Source: Convolutriloba macropyga
Taxonomy: Eukaryota
Reading direction: 5' to 3'
Length of the DNA: 64,000 nt
Assembly (NCBI RefSeq): GCF_964194025.1
Contig: NC_134475.1
Coordinates: 30,442,001 to 30,506,000, forward strand
In this document: piece by piece, positions 36,301 to 48,915 of the stretch
Layout: each line of letters starts with the position of its first letter
Position numbering within the stretch: position 1 is the stretch's first letter
The notes under the pieces: model-generated
Database searches by the model: none
The model's input: the letters and a program-made list of their open reading frames with translations, nothing else
Told to the model about the DNA's origin: nothing
Program-made: the position numbers and the translations under genes

Positions 36301-38545
36301 CAATGCAATCTTCAGTGAATCCGAAAATGACGGAATATACTTTAGTGTGTTACAGAAAGAGCAACTAGATTGGTTCNNNNNNNNNNNNNNNNNNNNNNNN
36401 NNNNNNNNNNNNNNNNNNNNNNNNNNNNNNNNNNNNNNNNNNNNNNNNNNNNNNNNNNNNNNNNNNNNNNNNNNNNNNNNNNNNNNNNNNNNNNNNNNNN
36501 NNNNNNNNNNNNNNNNNGCGTTACAACAACCACATAAAATATTTGGACAAAACTGTAGACGATACTGGTGACATACTTGTGATATTTTTTTCAAGCATGC
36601 TGGAAAATTAGGCCGCCCGTTAAAAATGTACAGATATAGGGTGCAACACATTAACCTCATAATTCCAGCTAAAACGAGCGAAACATTATTTGAATAGTTT
36701 GACAAGTTTGGGTTTTTTACAACCACGATCCACATTTGTTTACAAATTTGGTTATTTTGATTTTGAATCAACATGTTTACCCTCCAAACAGTTAAAAAGA
36801 ACATACAAAGACAACGGTTTCAATTGGAAATCATGAACCAACCTCTGTCTCAACTTCCTCCAAGTTAAACCGACTTCTTATATGGTAACCTCTCACTCTA
36901 TCCCATTGACGACCTAAACATTGAACTGCAAATCTCTCTTTATCCAACAAAAATGATGATGTACAATTTCTTGTCTTTCCTCAACTTCCAATCGACCAAT
37001 ACTGTGTATACTGCGTGCTTGTAGGAATTTCCATGTTTCTAGTTCTTCAAGAGCACACTATGGCAAAGCATGCGAGTTCATTTAATCCTGGGACGATATT
37101 GAGAAAAAATTTCAACGAAATCCTTGAAAAAGAGGAAAAGAGCAAGATCACATGCAGAGGTGAAAATCGGGAGTCATCAAGTACTCAACTTCAAGTTTTT
37201 GTAATTTCATGAATTTACAAAAAATGAAAAAGGGATTCAAAAATTTCAACATTGAGTCGATCTTAACTTGATCTCAGACACAGTGACGAGTATCAAAGTT
37301 TTTAGGTTGTCCAAAAAGGCACATTGTTTGAGAACTCTTATCTGTTTCGAATGGGACTCAGTCTCTCTTCAGGACAGGTTTGAAAAGTGAAGACGTGTTC
37401 TCAGGAGCGGGAGAATACAAAAATGCATTATTCTCTTACTTTGAATATAACTATAGTCTTTACTCTCCTTAAAAATATGTTAAGGGGTTGACACGATTCT
37501 GTTCTTCCTGAGCGGTTACTAAAACAATCAGATGTCAATTGTCTTGAATTGAATAGACAAATAGAGACTTACAAATTTTGTCCTTATTTATTTCGATATG
37601 TACCCCTTTGCTTCTGCGGATCATCAGAACTTGAGACCAATGCAAAAGAAGTTCAATGCAATCCTCAGTGAATCCGAAAATGACGAATAAACTTTAGTGT
37701 GTTACAGAAAGAGCAACTAGATTGGTTCAAAATGAGATTATCCACAGTATAGNNNNNNNNNNNNNNNNNNNNNNNNNNNNNNNNNNNNNNNNNNNNNNNN
37801 NNNNNNNNNNNNNNNNNNNNNNNNNNNNNNNNNNNNNNNNNNNNNNNNNNNNNNNNNNNNNNNNNNNNNNNNNNNNNNNNNNNNNNNNNNNNNNNNNNNN
37901 NNNNNNNNNNNNNNNNNNNNNNNNNNNNNNNNNNNNNNNNNNNNNNNNNNNNNNNNNNNNNNNNNNNNNNNNNNNNNNNNNNNNNNNNNNNNNNNNNNNN
38001 NNNNNNNNNNNNNNNNNNNNNNNNNNNNNNNNNNNNNNNNNNNNNNNNNNNNNNNNNNNNNNNNNNNNNNNNNNNNNNNNNNNNNNNNNNNNNNNNNNNN
38101 NNNNNNNNNNNNNNNNNNNNNNNNNNNNNNNNNNNNNNNNNNNNNNNNNNNNNNNNNNNNNNNNNNNNNNNNNNNNNNNNNNNNNNNNNNNNNNNNNNNN
38201 NNNNNNNNNNNNNNNNNNNNNNNNNNNNNNNNNNNNNNNNNNNNNNNNNNNNNNNNNNNNNNNNNNNNNNNNNNNNNNNNNNNNNNACAACCACATAAAA
38301 AAGTTGGACAAAACCAGCATAATCTGTAGACGATTCTGGTGACATACTTGTGATATTTTTTTCAAGCATGCTGGAAAATTAGGCCGCCCGTTAAAAATGT
38401 ACTGATACAGGGTGCAACATATTATCCTCATAATTCCATTTAAAACGAGCGAAACATTATTTGAATAATTTGACAAATTCGGATTTTTTACAACCACGAT
38501 CAAAATTTGTTCACAAATTTGGATATTTTGGCTTTGAATCAATTG
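33310..38545. repeat. Locally repeated A/B segments around the assembly gaps
   Basis: Segment B (caaccacataaaa...catgctggaaaattaggccgcccgttaaaaatgt) at about 33350, 33560-34045, 36518-37000 and 38287-38545. Segment A (cagtgacgagtatcaaag...agcaactagattggttc) at 35911-36376 and 37281-37728. Confidence 0.88.
34150..34700 (-). pseudogene. Highly eroded LINE RT remnant
   Basis: The minus strand at about 34494-34440 reads KY*PISSPTVAFKMEKIVLR, resembling the NYRPISLL..KIMEKIV motif. Confidence 0.35.
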
Positions 38546-38569
38546 CTCAAACGGTCGGATGTGATTTTT

Positions 38570-39600
38570 CTTAAAAATCATAGAGATGGAGAGGCGTACA
38601 ATATATATCCTTGTTTATATCGACCTGTACTTGTTCAATTGTAGGGATTGGCAGAACTAGAGATACATAGTTGCTGATCACCACCTTGTATTTTATGGTC
38701 CGTTTTAATACGTTTGACAAAATTTCTTCCAATAATTCACCTGATGACTTCCCCAAATCCTATTGGTTGTATACCGGGCAGTTATCAAAAATTATCAACC
38801 GACATGAATTATATGGAAGTAGAAAAATCAAGTTAGACGTAGCTATTCGTATTGCTAGTTTAGCAATCGTTTTGCATAGATCAGTTGAGGATGACTGAAT
38901 GGATGTCAAAATTTTTTGGCATTCGTTGGCAACAAAACCGGAAGGGCCAAGGCTCCTATACGTCTTCCTGGCAGATTTTCTAACCATTGAGGCATTCAGT
39001 TTTTCAAGAAAGGATTGATGGTACAGCAAATTTTTTGGACGTTCATTGCTAACTAGATAATTCAAAATTGCTTTGCATGGTTCGGGATGTTTCTTGCGTA
39101 AGACATCAAGAACTGTTCTTTCGTCAACTTTTTAGTCAAAGAAAGGACAACACTTTTTGTTTTTTCTGCAAGACTTCAATTGGCATTGTATATTTTTCCT
39201 GTTGACATGTAATTATCAAACTCTTTGTAATAATTAACAGATCATTTTGCTTTTGTTCTGCTCATACGTTCTTGGATAGTTTTTGCTTCAAGAAACAGTG
39301 AATCAATGTCCTACTTTATCCACTGATCTAACCGTCCTTCAATGGTTTTGTTATCTGAGGCGTAATCCTTCGTTCTTGTTCTTGCATGAATGAGATGAGG
39401 CATCACCATTGCGCAATACATTGCAGTTTCTGCGTTAGAATCATTTGAAGTGGCAGACAGGATTTCATTCAAAGTATCGTTTAATTTAATGACTGTTTTG
39501 TTTCTTGGTAGCGTAAATAACATTTTTTTCCAATAAAAAACTTGTTTGTTGAGGTTCTTCATAAGCTCTTTTTTGCTTTCCTCGCTGTTCAGCCAGTAAC
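38570..39600 (-). pseudogene. Degenerate CRE-like (RLE-type) non-LTR retrotransposon RT, N-terminal part
   Basis: Motifs FYWKKMLFTLP, MVMPHLI..RTRTKD..KTIEGRLDQW, GPSG, STDLCKTIAKLAIRIAT and SCRLIIFDNCP, then the frameshifted GIQPIGFGEVIR*IIG. These resemble the [23 protein letters not shown] motif of CRE-type RTs. Confidence 0.7.
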
Positions 39601-39705
39601 TGCAGGATTCAGGACAGGCTTCCCTAGAAGCTGAGATGTCTGGCTATCGCCCGCTTCACAACTTAGAGTTGTTGCCTCTGAGGAGATCACTGTTGCTTTC
39701 GTTTC

Positions 39706-39854
39706 GCAGCTTATGCAGCGGAAGTTCTCATGGGGTTCTCGCCTAGCGCTGAGTCCACAACACATTACGTGCTGGTAAGTCGCGCATGAGTAACACCATG
39801 CCCCTCCACCCCTGAGATGGTTTGAACATTTGAGCAGTGTGACTTCTCGGACAT
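39706..39854 (-). pseudogene. PHD finger remnant
   Basis: With one frameshift it reads MSEKSHCS(K)CSNHLRGGGAWCYSCATYQHVMCCGLSARREPHENFRCISC, which has C4HC3 spacing. Confidence 0.65.
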
Positions 39855-39929
39855 GTGGATGGGATATAAATAAGGGAGGTTGTTAGTAGTCTGAAAACAT
39901 ATGATTAACTAACGAGTGCAGAATTCAAA

Positions 39930-40393
39930 CATGCGGGTTAAATAACAGGCAAATATATGGTTACCATAGAGAGAGAAAAGTATACCATCTTTACAGAAGT
40001 GATTAAAAAGGGGATTTAAGTATGGGACACAATTTGAATGGTTGGATGAATAAAACTACTAATTAATTTATAAAGAACAATTTATTTTATTAATTTGATT
40101 ATTTTTAAAACGATTTTTTGTGGAGCCAATAGTTTTTGGTACAAAGATGAAAGTAGACAAAATTTGTTAATAATTATGTAAATTAATTTTCTCCAGTTAT
40201 TTGAAAAGTCATTTGCTCTTGCTTCGTGATCATTAAAACCGGCAATTACAGTTACAGTGTGTAGTTTCTTGGGTCTATTCTGCTGAATAGTTGTGGTGAA
40301 ATCCTCAAGGGTAGCACCTCTGAAGGAGTGTATCGTCGCCTTTGTCTGCTTAGGTTCCAGGTACTTCGTCCGCATTGTTCCGATGACCAATCT
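39930..40393 (-). pseudogene. SGNH/GDSL esterase domain remnant (retroelement ORF1-type)
   Basis: LVIGT..KYL, HSFRGAT and VTVIAGFND (blocks I-III), plus downstream frameshifted FCKDGILFSLYGNHIFA (block V-like DGxH, eroded). Confidence 0.65.
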
Positions 40394-40999
40394 CCTTGAT
40401 GCGCGGAGTCAACATTCACCTAAGAAAGACTATGGCATTACATGGAGAACAAATGATCAAATGATTTTTTGAATATTTATTTATGAAACAATTGAAAACT
40501 AAATGAAAAGAAACAAACCTGGTGATTTTGATGCCTGATAGGTGTCTCTGGATGTGTTCTGTCACGGGTCTCCGCACTGGATGGCCAAAACAAGATCTTG
40601 TCAATTTCGTCAGTCATCATAGCAAACATGAAACTATTTATAAACCCTCCATGTTTAACTTACGACCATTAACAGAGCCCTCCATCACCTTCCTCCCGAT
40701 TTCGCTGTGCGCGTTTTCACCGACAAACGCAAAGAACACGTGAGCTCTCAATTGATACTGTGGTCAGTAGGATTCTACACAAAAATTTCTCTGACCGGAA
40801 AAATTTGCAGTCCCCAAATCTTCAAGTGATTGCATCCCTGCTAACAATGAGAGCCGGGTCAATATTTTTAACCACTATATTCACAAATTTTAGTGGTATT
40901 TGAATGCAGAATCAGGGATAGTTTGTATCGATGAACAAATTGCTCTGCCAAATATGTTCAAAGACGCTTTTCTCGAGGATATACAAGGAAGACACGAAC

Positions 41000-41300
41000 A
41001 GAAAGTTCGAAGTTTACGTGTGGTGAATATCATCGCCCTTTCACAATTTTTCCCATTGTGCGTTCCATTTGCGGGCTGATCTCTGTTGTACTTTTTCTCT
41101 AACATTCGGCAGTTGTTCTTTGCTTGTAACTTCTTGAAGGCATCATTGATGATTAAAGAAGTTCCGCCTTCAGGGAACCGATTTTTTGACCGAGGCTATT
41201 TAAGGCTATTTATTTGCTTCATTAATTGGGAAAAGGTTTTTCACGTCCACAGGAACAATGCTCTCATCATGACCTAATATTATGGATTGAAGTTTTCTTG
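41000..41300 (-). pseudogene. Possible eroded Penelope-like RT remnant
   Basis: The minus strand at about 41271-41218 reads DESIVPVDVKNLFPINEA, similar to the Penelope RT motif VSFDVKSLFTNVP..EA. Only one motif is visible. Confidence 0.25.
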
Positions 41301-41744
41301 AGGAATCTAACGGTGGTTAGATATCTGAATATGCCATTAGCTATTTTTTCTTGCAATATCATGGTGTTTTCCGCTCTTGAGAACTTGCGAAACAAACTCG
41401 ACCAGTGTAACAGTACAAAATTTAGCAATATCCTATCGAAGAATGGTTGAAACTGCTTTTTCTATGTTGATATCTATTGTTTAAACGGTTTGATTTTGTA
41501 GCTTTTTAGCTTGATTTTATGGTTTCTAAGCTGCTCATTTTAGGTTGATTCGATGTAGCAGCTTCCTTGGAAAGCGTGGCATATTTTGCCTTCTGTTATA
41601 AAATTTAACAGAAAGTGTAAGATGAAGTTTCTACTGTCGGTTCTAGCTGTTAGAAATTTCTGAGAAATATCTGAGACTTCCAGGTTGTTAGTTTTCTGCA
41701 AACTTTCCTACAATACATCCAATAAAATCAGCAACTTGTCATAA

Positions 41745-42594
41745 ATGAATGCTATGACAGGGACAAGTAACCCGAAATGCCCTACCTGCAAGAAGACAGT
41801 GAAAAATGATGATATGACGGCCATTTGTTGCGAAACGTGTGGCAACTGGTATCACGGAGTTTCAATCACGGAGTTTGTGTTTCCCTGAAAATCGATGAAG
41901 TGAAATGGCTTGGTGCATCCCGAAATTGTGTTTGGCTTTGCGATATATGCATAAGCAGCAATATTTTCACCACTGATGCTAAATTGACCTCTGTTCTTGA
42001 ATCATTCGAAAACAAAATTTCAACTGTGCTCGAAAATGCAATTCCCAAGGCCATTGAAAAAGTTGCTGAAATGGAACCTGATTCTGGGCTGTACACCGGC
42101 ATCCGCTAAATGTTATCGAGAGCAATGACAACATTCATCGAGATAGAGACGATAGTATGAAACTTATTGTTACTGGTGTACCCGAAAGTGGAGATTCAAC
42201 AAACAGTCGGATTGACAATGACTTCACCGAAATAGATGGTATTTTGAATCACATTGAACTTAAAGCCGACGGCAATGTTGCCTCTTTTAGACGGCTGGGC
42301 AAATAAATGTCAGTGTGGTGAACGTCGTAAATGTAGACCACTTCTAATTACTTATGAAAGTCCCCATTTCTTATCTAGATGTTTTGCACGAAGTTTCAAA
42401 TTAGAGGACTACAAACATCCGGTTTATCTCAAGAAATTTCTATTCTCGTCCGAACGTGAAATCGAAAGAAAATTCTTCAAAAACGGTACGACATGATTCA
42501 TAGAGAAGGTAAAAATAAATCTGATTTCAGAATCAAAAAGCTTAAATTGTACTGTAAGGGCGATATTGTTCCTGTCATGGAGCTAGCTTCATGA
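41745..42594 (+). pseudogene. LINE ORF1 with N-terminal PHD finger
   Basis: CPTC..ICCETCGNWYHGVC..WLCDIC after removing a 14-bp duplication at about 41851-41876. Also IVTGVPES, RPLLIT and IKKLKLY, ending at TGA 42592-42594. Confidence 0.85.
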
Positions 42595-45429
42595 CTGGAA
42601 AGCATAAATTGTTTGCTTCTTAATTGCCAATCAGCCAGAAGCCTTGAGAGACGTCACAATATTTTGAAATTAGCTTTGACCTCGGATGCAAATTCTGTCT
42701 TCCTTAATGAAACCTGGCTCTCGGGAGAAATAATTAATTCTGAAATTTTTTGGGTTCCTGTTATCAAATAATAACACGTTGTGATCGGGAAGGTGGAGAA
42801 CATGGAGGAGTTCTGATTGCTTCACGTTCTAACGGTGATTTAGAAGCCTTAGACTTAACGATTGAAACTTTTTCTTTTTGTTGTTGCTGTGCAGTTATCT
42901 GTGAAGGAGTTATATCATTCTTCGTTAATGTGTACATACCTCCAGCGTCGTCGCGGTACTCGATTGAAATATCAACCATTGCAAATTGTTTTAGCCAATA
43001 CATCAATCTTTTTTCTTCTTTTGCTTATTCTAGAGGTATAGCAAATTATTCCTACTATTTTCTTGGTGATTACAATTTTCCGGGAATTGATTGGAAAACC
43101 TTAACTGCTAAAAGCACAGTCGAACGTCAATTTCTGGATATCGTCAATGACTCGGTCTAAACCAGTTCTTTAACATGCCTACACACAGTCGCGGCAACAT
43201 TTTAGATCTCGTTTGTCCACAGTGGACACCCTCTCCTATGCGGTTTTAGATGCCCCTTTTACTGACCACAAAGTTGATTGCTTTCAAGTGGCTTTACATA
43301 GTGGCAGCGCTTCTGCAATGGTTTATGCTAAATCGTCTTTCAATGCACTCAATTTCAACACTGAATTGACACAATTTTATTTGTTTCTGTCTTCTGATCC
43401 GTCCCTTCACCTTGACTACTATCAATCTTGGTACGATTACTTTTATACGGCTCTGTCAAAATCTTTGAAAGTTAAGCGCAAAAAGCGACTCGACGTGCCA
43501 TTTTTCTTTTCTTCCCATGCAATGCATCTTTTGAACAAACGTGACACAATTACTAGAAAACTATCAAAAGCGTTCTCTACCAAATTAGACTTTCAGAGGC
43601 TAAAACTGAATGAAGACATTGATACTTCTATTGAACTGGACAGATTATCCTTGGTAGAACAGCTCAACTTGAAAAATACAAAACATTGTTATCGATTGCT
43701 GCGGTCACTGAAATCAAATTCGATGTATCCTTCCTCGGTGTTTTTCGGAAGCATCAAAGCTGGTAGCAGCTTTGAGAAAGCTCAGCTTTTTAATACGTTT
43801 TTCAGTTCGGTTTTCAAAGCCAGTTCATTCATTTTACCAGAACTCCAAGTAGATGGTAGCATCCACTTGGGAAGATTTCTCTTTCACAATTGACGACGTA
43901 TACAATTTGCTCAGCAAAATTCCCGACGATTCATCAATGGGCATGGACTCAATTCCGTCTTTTGTACTCAAAGAATGTGCTCAACAATTGTCACCATTGG
44001 TCTTCGAGTTTTTCTTGCGAATTACTAAAACTCAGCAGTGGCCTTCTCAGTGGAAAACATCAACCGTTACTCCGCTTCACAAATCTGGGTCAACATCCGA
44101 TGTGACAAACTACAGACCTATCAGCATCCTACCGAAATTGTCAATTGTTTTTGAGCGTTTAATATTCAACTTCATTTACTCACGAGTCTTCCAAAATAAA
44201 ACGTGAACAGCACGGGTTCATGTATCAACGTAGCACGGTCACCCAACTCATTTCGTACTTGGGCAAAGTTTATGCTGCTAAAGATACAACTCACGATTGC
44301 TTGACTGTATATTTTGATGTGAAAAATTTTTTTGACTCAGCTTCGCACGGGTTACTATTACATAAACTATCTTCATTTGGTTTTGATCACAATCTCATAG
44401 TGCTCTTTCAATCATATCTCATCGGTCGAAAGCAAGTCGTTAAAGTTGACGGATGATTTTAGGGTGAAGCAGTGGTTGCGTCAGGTGTTCCTCAAGGTAG
44501 CGTGCTGGATCCACTTCTCTTCATCATTTTAATTAACGATGTTACAGATTCAATGCAACATTCTGAATATTTTCTTTATTGCGATGACCTTAAACTGTTT
44601 TCTATTTCTTCAATCGACAAAATTCAAAATGATATAGACAGCTTGTCCTCCTGTTTAGTTTTAAACGAGTTAGACTTTCATCCGGACAATTGTAAAATTT
44701 TGTCTTTTAGTCAACACTACAACAATGCTGACCGCTCTCTGAATGGGTCGCGCTTGAAACACGTGGATTCAATTGTAGATTTGGGCATCACTCTGAACAT
44801 TTCATTGTGTTGGGATAAACATGTTGACCTTAGCATTGCAAAGGCTACAAAAGTTTTAAATTTTTTGAAGCGCAGTGTTCGAGTCGGAGTTTATGTGTCT
44901 GGAAGAAAACTTTTATAATTCGATGGTGTCGTCTATTTTGGAGCACGGTTCGCCTGCGTGGTATCCTTCAATTTCGGCATTGCGAAAGTTGGAAAAGTTT
45001 CAACACCGCTGTCTCAAATGGGTTCTGAATTGTAAAAAGTCTTACCTTGAATGTTTGAAAGTCTTGGACATCTTACCGGTTTCTTTTCAGCTAATACGAA
45101 CAGACCTACTCCTTCTATGGAAATTATTAAATGGCTTTATTGATTCAAAACTGAATGCAACTTTTGTCTGCTCGACATCAAGTACTCATCAGTCAAGACA
45201 TTTTGGAATTTCAAAAAACAAGAAATTCAAGACGGATGAACACTTTTTGGATCGTTGTCAACGAGCCGCAAATCATCTGATGCGAATGAAGATTATTGAC
45301 TTTGACATCTCTAAACGTCAGTTTACGTATGCAATCGACCAGTTTTTACGCACTCGAATTGAATACTTTGAGCTGGATAACTCATGTTCTTTTTATGTGA
45401 AATGCTGTTGCATTTTTTGCAGGACTTAA
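42595..45429 (+). pseudogene. LINE ORF2 (AP endonuclease plus reverse transcriptase), frameshifted
   Basis: APE motifs LLNCQS, NETWL, RCDR..GGVL, VYIPP, GDYNFP, GNILDL and TDH. RT motifs NYRPISIL, QHGF, YFD..FD, SGVPQGSVL, YCDD and DLGI. Confidence 0.92.
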
Positions 45430-45777
45430 TCTTAATTTAATCACCTTTTGATCTGTAAAAGTTGTTTTAGCATTTTTTGTACGCTTTTATGTTCTTCCCT
45501 AACAAGGAATTGAGTCTTTTACTACTACTACTACTACTACTACTAAAAGGGCAAATTTTCAGTCGTTTTGCATTTTTACAACTCTGGTTTTGTAAGAACA
45601 ATGTATTCAGCTAATTCTGACATAAATTGTCAGTCTTTTCATAAAGCGCGGATGTATCTATGTTCAATACTTGATTATGATTAGTTTTTAAGCGGAGCAA
45701 GTTTTTTATTCTCAAAATTTTTATTTTCTACTTTTAGTCAAATTTTTGTTTTCCACTTGTTAGTTATTTTTGTGACT

Positions 45778-45899
45778 GGGCCGTCTTTACACTGTCTGGA
45801 AGGGAACAGCTTGGAGTGCAGCATCCGGCTAAGTGCTACTCATCATCCCATATTTTCCGACCTACATCCATCGTTGCCGGATGGTGTACACGACGGCCC
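45778..45899. mobile_element. Possible 122-bp MITE (PIF/Harbinger-like TIR)
   Basis: Imperfect TIRs: gggccgtctttacactgtctgg versus the reverse complement of the right end, gggccgtcgtgtacaccatccgg. No clear TSD. Confidence 0.45.
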
Positions 45900-47320
45900 T
45901 TTATATATATTGATGTACTTTTGAAAAGAGAACGAAAGAAGGTATAAAGAAAGAAATCAAAATTTTATTCTTCGGATTGAAATCGTATTTCCGTACGCGC
46001 ATTACAGATCCGATTAAGTAAGAGCCCTGTATGAAGGGGTTAGTAACTCAAACATTCCGCTCAATTATTATTTGATAATAACAGTAAAAGCAATGATCAA
46101 CGTAGTGACTTTTTTTTCAGTCTGATAGAACGAATTAGGTTCTTTTGAAATTGACTTTTTAAGAAAATTTTCCTTTCTCCCTTACCTAAAATTCCACTGA
46201 AGTTTGTTGTACAATTTTGTTTTAATGTCTTAAACGTATAATTATGATGCGTTAATTCAGCGCAAAACATTTTGCCTACGAACAGTTTCAAGACAACTTT
46301 AAGAATTTGTTCTCAGCGTATTTTGATCATTATTTTGCATCCTATTCAACGTTTTTTTTCTATGTTGAATTTATGGCACAAGATTTCAATAATGCATTGG
46401 TAATATTGCCCCAGAGTTGTAATTTCATGTCCATAAAACTCGATTCCTGCGTAAGCGTTTGATTGACCATTGCTCAACAGATTAGATTTTGACCATGAAT
46501 TTGGTAAACCCCAGCTGCGTGTCGCTACAGGATGTATCCGCTCTTAAATAATTGACGCATTTCGTTCTTAATATACAAATTTGTGCTCCGTGTGTTGTGC
46601 GTTGTATTGTTTCGACCATTTTATGAAATTTGATTGGAGATTGTTTTGGGCATCTTGTCCTTTACCAGAACAATTAAAACGATTGGCGCCAATAATTTAA
46701 ACATAACTTTTGTAGCACATACTTTCCCTCTCTCATTAGTTTCAAAACGCGTTTTTCGTTTTTGATTAAGCGGTTACTTTAACAAACAATTATCGAGATT
46801 TAGTTGAAAGTTGGGTTTGTGTAGCATGTCATGATAGCCGTTTTATTTGTGATGTTTCTCTGTGGCAACTCAACTTAGTTACTCTTGTTACTAGGAAAGT
46901 AAGTTTGTCTCTCCGCTATTCTAGAATCGTTTAATATTCATCATTACACGTAATTCTAATAGAAAGGTGATCAATGAAACAATTAATTATTCTAGTGTAG
47001 TTATGTCTAAAACTCACCACTTTCCTACATGATAAGTTATGAATCTTTCAAGGACAAAAGTTAAAACACACTATAATCACCTCGCTTATTCAGTACTTAA
47101 AATTGTTTTTATTTTTCAATTTATACGGCGGCATAGCTTCACATTAATTTCTAACCTAGCAACCTTTTAAAAATAATCTACTGGGGAATTTCTGCAACTT
47201 AAGCGTCAAATTTCCCAGGCTGTCTTTTTACGTGCGGTATATGCTAGCCTTCGTCGAAATATGGTTTAGTTTCAAATGCAATTGGCAATAATTTTGAGAA
47301 CTCGGTGTCCTGCACTGTGT

Positions 47321-48915
47321 CTCAAAAACGGGATAAACAGGTAGCGCCCGGCGGGCATTAAGTGCTCTTTGAGCCTTTCAGCTCACTGGTCTTCAAGTAT
47401 GCGATTCACAGAATTTGTTTTGGAGACTTATACTTGTGGTGCGAAGGGTGGTTCTTAGAGATTGACCCCCCCCCCCCCCCCCCCCCCACTGTTGCCACCC
47501 CATCAGCCCCCCGGTGCACCCCCACCCCCCCCCCCCAGCGCTGCGCTCACTTACGCCTCTTTAATTAAGCTAAAGCTAGCCTCACTAAACCGTGCCTAGC
47601 TACTGACGAAGCCGACCGCTCGCCGATCATTTGAGAGCAATGCGCCCGGCGTTAGTTGGTTAAGTTTGATTGATATCGAAGGAAGTTGTGGCGATTATTG
47701 TAGTCGTTTGTCAATTTAATTTTGTATGCAAAATTTTTACGTGATCATTTTTGTTAAATTGCTTTCAAACGAAAATTAGCTTTCGTATTTGTACTGTGGT
47801 CTTTTTAATGCAATTTTTTGGTCTGTGTGGCTGAGCTGCTCTCTTTTAGATCCGTGCGTCTCACTAATCTCTAATTATGCGACTCACCGAAACTGTCTTG
47901 ATGAGACAATTCCATGATGTAAAGGGTTGTTGTTAAGTTTGACCCCCTCAGTCAGTCCCCCCTCAATCACCCGCACTCACCCCCCCCCCCCCCAAAAAAA
48001 AAAAATACCCCCTTCACTCTCCTCCACGTGCTAATTTGAATCTCCACTCGCGCAGCACTCCCAACCCACCCATCACCGCTTGACCCCCCCCCCCCCCCCC
48101 CACGCTTGATCCCCCACTCCCCTCACTGCCCCCCATGCTACCATCCTTAGGCCCCAGATGGCTACTACCGAAATCAACAATTCTAAATTATATTCTACAA
48201 TTTTTTCCGTTGGCTCGAGCAATTTGATTTCCTTGAAAAGAAACGAGATAAACTGGTCAAGTCAGTGAAAATAAGTAACTATGTAGATTTCTCGGAGACC
48301 ACGCAGGGCAGGGGTTACATTCGCAGTTCACCGAAGCTGCTGAGGTTTCATGGTATGCTGGGAAATTTTAAGTTTTTCGAAATCTACCTCGTTTCTGACC
48401 TCGACAAAGCAGCTGGCCTCCTCAGGCTTAATCTTGCTGCAATGGAAGCGAAATATCGCCCGTCGTTGAGAGGATTTTGTTAAACGTCAGATGCTTATAT
48501 TTGTTTTGTTTGATGGCAGGGATCGAAAATTTGCAAGGAACCAGAAGTAATAATAGCTCTCATACAAAATTTGTCGCAATTATGTTATTCCTACGGGTCA
48601 TTTTAATGCAGATTTTTTGTCCTCAAAATTGTGATAAACAGGTAAATCCTCGAGGATATTAAGTCGAGCGGCTGTTATATTAGACCTTTACGCCTTGCTA
48701 GTCTCTGAGCAGCTATTCACTGAGACTATTGGTGAGTTGATAAAGTCATGGTGTGTAAGCCAGTTCATAAAGTTAGACCCCCTACACCTGGATCGCGCTC
48801 AGCTCACCCCATCACCCTCAATTAAGCTTAAGCCCACCTGCCTGATCCGCTAGCTACTGGCGAAGGTAACTGCTCGCCAGTCGTTTGAGAGCAATTCTCC
48901 CAACGTTAGTCGGTT
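47321..48915 (-). mobile_element. Reverse-oriented copies of the GC-rich dispersed repeat family with poly-C tracts
   Basis: ccgctcgccgatcatttgagagcaa (about 47616-47640) and ctgctcgccagtcgtttgagagcaa (about 48870-48894), with the palindromic end motif at 47345. Confidence 0.55.

Larger units (their letters stand above)
41745..45545 (+). mobile_element. CR1-group LINE, near full length, disrupted
   Basis: ORF1 with PHD finger, ORF2 with APE and RT, and a 3' (TAC)n tail at 45520-45545. Confidence 0.9.

Noticed and set aside
21254-38581. ORFs containing long X runs
   Set aside because: They are artefacts of N gaps.
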